Source of the DNA: Tubiluchus corallicola
Taxonomy: Eukaryota; Animalia; Priapulida
NCBI GenBank assembly: GCA_030141605.1
Contig: JAQGDQ010000128.1
Coordinates: 186,001 to 250,000, forward strand
Direction: 5' to 3'
Length of the DNA stretch: 64,000 nt
Shown: in pieces, positions 54,053 through 64,000 of the stretch
Layout of the letters: every line of letters begins with the position of its first letter
Numbering within the stretch: position 1 is the first letter of the stretch
Translations under genes and position numbers: made by a program
Notes under the pieces: model-generated
Database searches by the model: none
Told to the model about the DNA's origin: nothing
What the model saw: only the letters and a program-made list of their open reading frames with translations

Positions 54053-57000
54053 TTTCTTTCTTTGTTTTTTCACTGTTACTCTCTCACCTCCTCCATTTGT
54101 TCCTCCCTTTATTTCTTCCTTCTTTTTCGGTCTTTTTTGCTTTTGGTTTTACTCTTTTGCTAACAATAACTTCTTCATATGACATGCCTTTTGATCGTTG
54201 ACTGCATTGTTAATTTAGTATTATTAAATTTTAAAGGTTAAATGAATAACAATATTCAATACTAGCAAATTCCCACAATTCAAATTAAATTATGATTATT
54301 CATGGCCGTACTTTGAGCTTCGCATTAAAGGCCATACCAGGAAAACACTCTCAACGTACATTATGTTAAAAGATTTAGTTTTTACTTTACGACACTTATT
54401 TCTCAACCACTGAAATCGCATAGCACGTAAAACACATTATTTGTTTAACGGTTCGCGCAAGGACCTAACTCTTCGAATAATTAATCGCGGCATTTCTTTA
54501 ATTTAATACCTTAAATGCCATTTTACAGTAAAACGTGAAATTTGTGTTTCTTTATGAAACGGCCTTGCACAATAACACAAGGGCATGAATGGTTATGGCC
54601 CTTTTTGCACATTTGCATAATAGGTATTTAATAATGGATAAAACGCTAATCCGTTTGGTATTGGGAAAAGTGCGTTGTCAGTAACTAGGCCAGGGTAGCT
54701 AAATTATACATGTGGAAAGCCCCAGTTTTTGACACAAACGCTTTAAAGATCCAAGAATCGAATAACTTGTGAAGGTTTCGGCCTGCCATTCAACTAGTGA
54801 GTGGAGTGACCTTTAACTTTTTCAGTCGTTCTACAATTTGCCATTCCCACAAATAAAGTTAGAAAATTATTGACATTTGCAAAAGAATTGATTGAGAAAG
54901 TAAAAATGCGAAATCAAATAACATCTTGTTCATTAATCCTGCGTTGTTTTGATGTCCATTGTTCTAGAGTGAAGGTAATTTCCTTTTTCGCTAATAATAA
55001 AACGATTTTTCATCGTCATCAATTCAAAAATTTTTCCAAACTACTGGGGATCAAGCTGGGAACAAAGAAGGGGTTATTAAAAACGAATACAATTTGACCA
55101 AGAATTAACAAAATTAGGTTGTATATTTCAAAGAAACCTGTGACAACAGCTGACGCTGAATTATATCTAATAGTTTGCTATGGTCGTCTTTATACCATTT
55201 CAAAATTAAAGCTAAATGCTTATGATATAAATATGAGCAGCAGATCAGAACAATTCACTGGAGCATCATTAATCATTAGGCGCATGTTTAGCAATTCTCG
55301 ACTTTATTGACTGCACATGAAGTTCAGAATAGTTCTGAATAGTGGTACAAATATCTTGTACGAATAAAAATATTTCTTTTAACTTAATATAAAGCTAAAG
55401 ACATTTAATATCAACTTTTATAGTAATTAATGGACCTGCCTTGCATTGCAACCTACATATACGGACAACATGCACCCGTACTTTCTCGCATAACGATTGC
55501 AGCGCATATAAATTTGCACCTTATCTTTACATACTAGCTCTAAAGTAACAGTATAAAGCAGCAACCTTTTTACTCCTTTTAATACGTTAGCTGTGTTACT
55601 GTGTTTTAATTTGCATTTTTCAGCCTTGACCGTCAGATTTCTAACAAGGCGTTTTATAGGAGAGTACGAATCAAATATAGGTAAGATTCAAGGCTGCCCA
55701 TGGGAATGGGAAAGCCCATATTACCGTGTGCGTCATTGAAGAGAATATCAGTAGTAATTGGAACCCTGGTATAAGAGCAAATCGGCGAGTAAAACGAAAA
55801 AAAAGCCTCCAATGATTTTTGGTACTTTACTATGATGCTTTCGTGCCACATCTGTATACCATGAAGCTGCGCGTGTCTCTTAATTTTGAAAATATAAGAT
55901 ATATATCTTCTGACATATATATTTTACAAGATGATCTAAAATAAATTTAACTAACCATTGTACAGATGAACAAACATAAAAGCTATAACTGAGATGTTTG
56001 CGTTTCTTAACAAAGATTATACGCATTTCACACATTATTGTACTGCTGAAACCAATTTTATATTTCAGATTTAATCTACACGTACAATTTTAGTTCTGAC
56101 TCAACAGCAGCGGTAGAAATTCTTGATTCCTGCGGTGTTAAACAGGTATATGACAACAGCGACAACTACAACGAAATCTATGTTCGTAATTCTTCACAGA
56201 TCACGTCTTTTTGCAGCTTCTTATTCTTAAAATGTTTCGCAAAATTTCCAATATCATAACACTTCATAGGGTCTGAATAACAGTTACTTTTCGGGCATTT
56301 TGACAGGAATTTTAACCCTTGTTTACTGTACTCAAACAAGGAAGCGACTACAAAATAAAAGCTATGACAGAGAATCGCAAATAATCAACAATGAAGAACT
56401 GTATAGGCCTAACAACATTGTGGGCCGGACGCAGTCACGAGTTTCGAACCAAGGTGCGTTACTGTGACTACGCTAGAGCTCATAAAATTGACGCTAACAT
56501 AATGTCAATCATTTTCGTTGACTGCCCAATCAGCACGCAAGTTATTTCACACACACCTGCAGCAGGTACGTTCGAGACATTTAGCTACAGCTCCGACTAG
56601 CACTATTATGAAAAATGCTCAACTTTTCATTAGTTGGCGCGGGAAATATCAGTCAGGTTCTAGATTTTATTATTGTCAATTGAAATTGCAAGTGAATTAG
56701 CGGAAATATATAGTCTAGTTTCGTTTATAGGAAGAAATGCACAACTCTTACGTCTATGAGTTGCTGATTAAGCCATTTTGCAATCAAGAAAATACGCAGC
56801 TTAGTTTAGTTTATGGCTTTGCAAGTTTAGATAAAAACAACTATTTGATTAACTTTAAAAAAAGACAAAACAAATTTTTTTCTTTTCTGTCCCGTTTTCA
56901 TAAACCTCAATGAGATCTTCACAGTCAAAATTATTTCAAATGTGGTCAAAACCTACATTATGCATCAATGTAATATTAGTTAATTTTACGCTATTTTTTT

Positions 57001-58277
57001 GGTTATAACCATGGTTAAAAGCTACATCACATGCTTGATGTTCATACGTTTAAAGGCAAGAGAGACTTAGTATTTTTGTTGCTCATTTATTGTAAAGCAA
57101 GGCTAACTGGCTTAGTTTCTTTATTATATTTATGTCTCTGTATTTTTAGTGTTTTGAAACCTCGTCGCTACATTCTGTGTAAATTGAAAAGTCATTTTTT
57201 AGCTACTTGAAGTGTTAATTTCATGTTAAAATAGCTGTTGCTCTGCAAATTTGTGTTTATGAAAAAGAGCAATCAGTTTATCTCTTGATTAAACATTAGT
57301 TGTGACTGTCATGTTGTTTAGTTTAGCTTAGTTTAGCTTAGCTTAGACAGTTGTTGTCCTGCGTGAGCTGTTGTCCCGAATGCTGCTGAGCGTACTTACG
57401 TTGTTTGACGTCAATTGCCAATTTATGTTCGTCAATAGTTTTACAGGCCTGTGCAGTTTTCCTGCGTCATATGGTTATAAATATAAAAGTTACTTCTGAT
57501 ATGCAATTAGATAATGTAGTAAGGCAGGTTGTTAAATTTCTGTTTTCCTAAAATAAATTTAAAATCATATATTCAATGTTTTTTTTACAATTTATCAATT
57601 GATGGCGCCAGTTATTTTATTTACTTTCATTAGCTTGATACAGTTAGACTCCAGTAGGCCTCATGAGTTAATGAACCTGTCAAAAAATATTTTATTTTTA
57701 TTTTTCACTATACTTAAAATAAAACAATGATTTTGTTGTTTTTTTCTTTTAGATGTTAAGAGGATTACCGACTGAGAGTCAAATAATCTGGGGTGACGTC
57801 TTTATTGTAGTTTACAGCATTACGGACAGGGAAAGTTTCGATAAAATACCAGATTACATTCACGCTATACAACGTGTTAAAAATATAAGCTATAGTAGCA
57901 TTATCCTCATTGGCAACAAACGCGATCTTGATCACATGCGAGCAGTTGATGTTGAGGATGCTCAACAGATGGCGCTTGAACACGATTGCCATTTTTACGA
58001 AATCTCAGCAGCAGAATCTAATGTCGGGGCAAATCTGGCTCTACAAACGGCTTTACGCGAGGCAAGGACAATACGACAGCGCAAGATGCAACAAAAGTGC
58101 TTACGCAGATCGCGTTCCGGAAACGGAAGTCTGATCCTTGTCTCAAAAATGCTGGGAAGCTTGTTCGCCAAACACAGCAACAGTGACAAGAACGGGTCAA
58201 ATTATTCCCTCAGTTCAGCTACCAGTTGGGCAACCCTTCCAAAACGATTTAAAAGAGCAAATTCGTTTTCGATTTAA
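52916..58277 (+). CDS. Ras-family small GTPase, RERG/RERGL/RASL11/RASL12-like, ~241 aa, 4 exons
   Basis: Exons 52916-52982, 55624-55680, 56069-56145, 57753-58277 in phase (726 nt). G1 GGRQVGKS, ALTVRFLTRRFIGEY (RERG-like signature), G3 DSCG, G4 GNKRDL, G5 EISA; no CAAX. Confidence 0.92.
53966..54049. repeat. (CT)n microsatellite
   Basis: Direct inspection. Confidence 0.95.
55624..55680 (+). CDS. RERG-like exon 2
   Basis: tttcag|ALTVRFLTRRFIGEYESNI|gtaaga. Confidence 0.92.
56069..56145 (+). CDS. RERG-like exon 3
   Basis: tttcag|DLIYTYNFSSDSTAAVEILDSCGVKQ|gtatat. Confidence 0.85.
57753..58277 (+). CDS. RERG-like exon 4
   Basis: WGDVFIVVYSITDRESF...LIGNKRDLDHMRAV...FYEISAAE...ANSFSI*. Confidence 0.92.
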   Translation: MLRGLPTESQIIWGDVFIVVYSITDRESFDKIPDYIHAIQRVKNISYSSIILIGNKRDLDHMRAVDVEDAQQMALEHDCHFYEISAAESNVGANLALQTALREARTIRQRKMQQKCLRRSRSGNGSLILVSKMLGSLFAKHSNSDKNGSNYSLSSATSWATLPKRFKRANSFSI

Positions 58278-60477
58278 GCGACTTCTTAGTCCACGTCAGC
58301 CACCATTGCAACCATGTCCTACATGTAGACATGTACTAGTCTTTCATAAGCTTAGAACTATTTTCGCTGATTGAAATTTACTCACTTCTGCTTAGTACAG
58401 TTTTGCTTAACTCACGTTCTCAGTTATCACGTGCTCCCAAAGACACGATAGGCTCCTACGCTTGTATACATAATTACGTAAGCTTATTATTTTTGTCACA
58501 TAACTATTGATTACATCCATCAACAAGAATAACATTTAAAAAATAAAAAAATTAAAGCACTTTAAAGGTGGAAATTTTCTTGAGGCTTCAACCGTTTATC
58601 TGCAGCCTGGAAAATGAGTGAAATTTGCAAAGAGTTGCTTTGCTGTGGCATCTACGAACTTGTAGCAGAATACGCCAGGTTTTTATTTAACAACAATTCT
58701 CGTTGAAATTAATTTCCAAGAGGTTTCCTTTCTAATGAGAATAAGTTAAACATTAGCGGCGCAATTACGAGATCTGAACTTCTAACTGAAAATCTTTGGT
58801 GTTTACTCTTTAGTGTAGGTTTTAGGTTTGATGTTGCCCCCAATATTAAGTGTATTTTGGTAGTCGCAAATTCCTAAGAAATTGACTTAAAGTGATAAAA
58901 TAATACAGCCTACAACGATGCACTTGCAAATTCGGGACGAGCAATTTATATTGGTATTGTAAGCTTAAAGTGGATGCCTTTTCTAAGTTAACTTCACACT
59001 GAATGTTTTGTTTATTTTGAGTTATTGTCGACAGGTTTATAGATCGCCTTACAAATTAGTTATTCATATTCGGCAACTGTTTTGAGACAAAGATTAATTT
59101 AATTTTGCAAATAAAATCACGTGTTGAAATTATGTTGAAGTAATGGGTTATAAGAATCAACACTGAACTTTAAACACGATAAAAGAAAAACGACATGACG
59201 TCTACAAGTGTTGAGAAATCGTTACAATATTACGTTGTAGGATAGATAAATGTCGTACACTGCTATGTAGACTATATTGCTTCACCATACATCTTTTCGG
59301 CTTGTTTAAAGTTGAAGAAGTTTTCTTATTGACAAATTAGATAGCGTTTACAATGAAAAAAACACAGAGTATGAAAACTGATAAGATTGGCTAACAGGTT
59401 AAAGACTAGCTATGTTTCCTTTTTTCGGCTTCATTTATCTTCCATTATAATCATCACTTTGCAAATTTTACACACAAACAGGCATATTTAAACAAAATAG
59501 ACTTTTTTGCAACATCAACGTGCACATAATAAAATGTGTACAAAACGAAAATGTATTTACTATAATAATTATCTCTAAAAGACTGTAAACAGCACTTTAA
59601 TTCTTAAAGGCGTAATATCACAAAAATCAGTTTATCACAGAAAGTATGAGACTTCATGGAAAGGCTGCAAACGAACTTAATGAACGTCATGCAGAACAAA
59701 CGAACCTACAAGGAACTGGTATATATAACACATAAATATTAAAACAAACTTTGATTAGTCTAGAAGCTGAGTCGCAGTCTACAGATGCAATAATTGTACA
59801 TATAAACTACATACATGCCGTTATGAAAGAATTAAAGGTTATTAACATCTTTTGCTCCAAAAAGTACAACATTTTAACTTTTAATCACTGATCCTTAAAC
59901 TGAATTTTGCTTATACAAAACCTAGCAATGAAGCAAGTTGCAATTAATCGGTTACTGAAATATGTGTTCAAGAAATTTTTTAAATACTAGCACTGTCAAC
60001 TCGTTACATTTGTTCTTGGCTGTCATTCGTTTAGCAATGTTTTATTTGTCCTTATATATCTTTTTCTGATATAGTCACTACGATGTAGAACAGTAGATTG
60101 CAAAGTAAAACCAGTTAGCTGGATAAGGATCTGCCTACTTTCATTCTTTCATAACCATTTCCTACAGCTCGGACATACAAACCTCAAACGACACTAAATA
60201 CCTATAAAATTTCTACATAACACTTGAAATGGTAGTAACAGTCTTGAGCAAATCGGGTGGCTACAACAGGCTAACTGGCAAATGAAATCAGCTAGAATTT
60301 CACACACAACTAGGTACGTATAAAGTGTCTATGTAGAGTGGTAAAACAAACAAAGCAGAAAAACACTTACAATAAACTAAGAATTAAATTTGTTTTTTTT
60401 GGATAGCTCTATAATGAAAAGCCTGTACAACGTGAGGAAAACTTGCTGGTATTTTGTTGGACGATGTTTTGTACTTC

Positions 60478-60665
60478 TTACTGATTACTGTGTGAATTAG
60501 TTTCCTCGTCTCCTGTGTCTACACTTTGCAGTCCTTGTGGAAGAGGTTCGTGCTTTCCCTGACCAGCTAGAGGTAGCAAAACCATCAGAAAAGTGCTCCC
60601 GAGAATCATCGCTGCCGCCAAATAAAAAGCTGCATGGTATGAGCCAGTGCGATCCACTAAGAAAC
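60478..60665 (-). CDS. SLC16 exon 4
   Basis: GFLVDRTGSYHAAFYLAAAMILGSTFLMVLLPL...SHSNQ*. Confidence 0.9.
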
Positions 60666-63420
60666 CTAAAAATACAAAGAATTCTACTATGCGTACTTTT
60701 CACACCGAGAAAGTTTACTTGCATCGTTTGCCAACCGTCTCTGTTTAAGTTGATATAAAAGATTACTCCAAACAGTTTTACTCTAAATTTTAGACCTAGA
60801 TCTTAAGAACTATGTAATACATAATTATTATTATTAAATAATCTTTAAGTAAAGCACTCTTTTGAACAATTGCTCAGGAAAAAACTAAAGAAACGCATTT
60901 ATGACAACAAGCGCCTCTCAGTAACAAACTGTCGAATGTATACTAATTTGACTCATTGAAGATCTGTACAATCAATACACTGTAAAGTATTGTCAAGATG
61001 CCAGGCTTTTAAAAACATCTTTCCAAGCAAAAAATCTTGACTCATAAAAATGCAAAAGCTTCAGCGACAAAAGCATTAAGTTCGTACTAACAGTAACTAA
61101 TGTAAGTAAAATACCGCGTGGTAAAACCAAACAACATAAAAATGCTAGTCAAAATTATTTTCTGCCATATGAATGTAGGTAAGAAAGAAATTTACCACAA
61201 TGTAGCGCTAACTATGATATTATTTAATCAAAACATAAGGTTGTTTCACAAAATTAAAATTATTTCAAATAATATAAATTAAATAATTAATTTAAAAAAT
61301 ATTACCTTTAGGTGGAATAAAGTATTATTGTCAAACCTACAATGGCCATTACGTAAGGGGTGGCGAACTCACCCCGTTTTACGGTATATCGTCAAAACTG
61401 TTTCAAATCCAACTACTAGTTCTGGTTTTTTCTTACATTTAATTTATGGGTCCATTTGGTATCAAAAAATTTTGAAGTAATTATGAGTTTATACTGCTAC
61501 TAATTAATAGACTTTCAAAGAAGATTAATATTATTCAAACAATACCCGCTAAAGGTGGGCCTACTAGATTTCCACTTCCATTTGATATCATCAGATAACC
61601 GAATGACGCCACTAAACGTCTCACACCAAACAGATCTGTGACTATGCTTGGAAGTACACCACACTGCATTCCTAACCCAAATCCAAAGAAAAACGATATT
61701 GCTGCATAATAATAAAAGCTATGGTGATTGACTACGTACAAAAAACACAGGCATCCATAAAAGGCAGTAGCACAATTGAACAATGTCAAACGGCTCACTC
61801 GTTTGTGCTTGCCTAAAAATCCTGCAATTGGACGACCAACTGTATTGCTAATGCCAATGATGGACAGCATAATAGCTGCATCTTTTTCAAGAAACATTTG
61901 TTTTACAACCAAGTAGTCAACAAGGAGCACAAACACGATAATGAAACCTGCGTTCCACAGAAAATTGTTTAAGCACAAAATTATAAAACGAATATCACAA
62001 CAAATTGGAAGGTCAAACATTTCAACAACAGATTGTCTTCTTGAAAAACCCGCTAACTTGGAAATGGGTCTCATTAGACATCCAGTGACGCACATGTTGA
62101 GGCACAAACCAGAACTTATGATCATTCCTCCTTGCCAACCGTAATGTTCTATGATCACTTGGAACAGAGGAGCATAGATCAAACAACCAATTCCAACACC
62201 AGCCTGAACCACTGATAGTGCTACTGGTCTCCATCTATTGAAGTAAAAACCAACCGTGCCAATGCTTGGTGTGTATGCAATACCAAATCCAAGTCCTATA
62301 ACAGAACAAACCGGAAGGTGTCCGGTCAGTTGTCAATTAAAAATAACATATTGCTTACCAGGGCCTTACGTAAAAATGTTTTGCAAAAGCAAAATTGCCA
62401 ATTACCAATACATTATTAACGTTTAACTGCCAATAATTGCTTACATTATTATGAATAATTGATGGCCTTTGTTTAGGTAAAATCAATATTTCGTTTTCAC
62501 TTAATTCATGTATTATTGTATCACTTTAATCTACTGACCTGTAACGATACCGTAGGTCAGAATCAATTGCCAGACTTCAGTTGCGAAAACAGAAGCAATA
62601 CATCCAGTTGCAGACACAAAACTTCCAAGAATGATTACCTTCTGATAACCAAAAAACCCTGCCAGAAACTTAGCAATTGGACCTTGAAAACGGAAAACGC
62701 TTATTTGAGTTATTTAAAAGGTGTAGACAATTTCACAAATGCAACGATTTTTTTCAAATGCTACGATTTCCAGTCATCAGAAAATTCGATATAATTTGAA
62801 AAGAATCAATTTCGTTTTATAGCAGAACTTCGGACTTCTGTGATTATTTATGCTTTCAAAACGTTTCAGAAACATAAACAACGTTCCCAATGCACTTACT
62901 TCAATATGAAAAAGAGTGTCAGAAATGAAAAAGTAAAGATGATACTCAACTACAATGATTTATTATGACTGAATTTCAAAACCAAAACATGAAAACAGGA
63001 AACGTGAACAGTCCCATCAACAAACGCTTTTGCATTTTACACGCTTGGCTTAAAAATTTAGTTAATTGATGCTTTGTACCATTATAATATAAAAATTAAT
63101 TTGATATCAAAATTATAATCAATTAATAAAATAAAGACCTAAAATAAGGTGAAAATGCAGGCCAGGTTTCAAAAATTACTGAACTCATGTGAAGCCCTGA
63201 AATACCTACCAGAGCTGAACACAAGCAAAGTATTAACTGAACCGATCCATGCCGTCTCAAACATGCTTCGTCTAAAGTGTTGGAGCAGCGATACATAGTA
63301 AATTCCAAAGGAAAACGAAGTTCCTAAAATTATGGCCCAGTTTAGAGTAGCTGCAACCAGCACAACCCAGGCCCATCCTCGATCTGTGGCGTCCTCTGTC
63401 GCTTTTTTCGCTGGCTTCAT
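60478..63420 (-). CDS. SLC16/monocarboxylate transporter family MFS protein, ~430 aa, 4 coding exons
   Basis: Exons 63420-63210, 62682-62539, 62295-61546, 60665-60478 in phase (1293 nt). Motifs DRGWAWVV, FGIYY, TAWIGS, YFNRWR, GCLMRP, GPPLAGFLVDRTGSY. Confidence 0.93.
61546..62295 (-). CDS. SLC16 exon 3
   Basis: GLGFGIAYTPSIGTVGFYFNRWRPVALS...GNLVGPPLA. Confidence 0.93.
62539..62682 (-). CDS. SLC16 exon 2
   Basis: GPIAKFLAGFFGYQKVIILGSFVSATGCIASVFATEVWQLILTYGIVT. Confidence 0.9.
63210..63420 (-). CDS. SLC16 exon 1
   Basis: MKPAKKATEDATDRGWAWVVL...TAWIGSVNTLLVFSS|gtaggt. Confidence 0.88.
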
Positions 63421-64000
63421 CGGCGTAAGCTGCGTAAGTTTAACTGAAATTGAATTGGAAAAAATAAAGTTAAGAAAAGTTAAGTACTGGACGTTTCAGA
63501 TGAAATAATGCAGTAGAAATATGGTGATAACGTGATATGCTGAAACATGCTGATCAAATCACGTTAAGCCGTGTAATGAGAGATGATACTACAATACTGG
63601 GATCATTGGTCATTAACTGTAGGCACAAACTAGACCAACAATACAAGTTACGAAAAGAGCTCAAATTTATCAGGTTGGATGCACTAAAAATGACAATTGT
63701 TTGTATGTTATAACATCATAATTAAGAAACAAATAATTATATTCGCATAACTCCAATTTTCCTACCATAGTTATACAATATACAAGTATAATTATTTTTA
63801 TGCAGTTTCTGCTGCGCTGTTTTTTCAAGAACACCTTTACCTGTAGGAGATGCTAGAGATATTAGATAACACTTTTCAACACCAGACAACACCAGAATTA
63901 TACACTATACAATTCTGGCTACCCTAAACGCATGTACGTATCTGATATAACATATTTTCTTAAAATATTTTAAAAACAGTGCGACTAGGTTTTTGTTATT

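Overview
AT-rich, intron-containing, microsatellite-laden genomic DNA from an invertebrate animal. Six spliced protein-coding genes can be built by hand from GT-AG boundaries with consistent phases: (1) prohormone convertase 2 (PCSK2/PC2, + strand, 9 exons, 2197-10472; first exon not seen); (2) neuroendocrine protein 7B2 (SCG5, - strand, 5 exons, 14694-34530), largely missed by the ORF track; (3) a GT31 beta-1,3-glycosyltransferase (-); (4) an orphan ~678-aa type I membrane protein with a large Asp/Asn/His-rich lumenal domain and a dileucine tail (+); (5) a RERG/RASL11/12-like small GTPase (+); (6) an SLC16/MCT transporter (-). The main observation is that PC2 and its dedicated chaperone/inhibitor 7B2 are immediate tail-to-tail neighbours, with stop codons about 4.2 kb apart. 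Also present: a 5'-truncated LINE with a 14-bp target-site duplication (TSD) nested in one arm of a foldback element, hAT- and Harbinger-type MITEs, tRNA/5S-derived SINE remnants and a perfect 104-bp AT-rich palindrome. Gene models are manual and have no transcript support.
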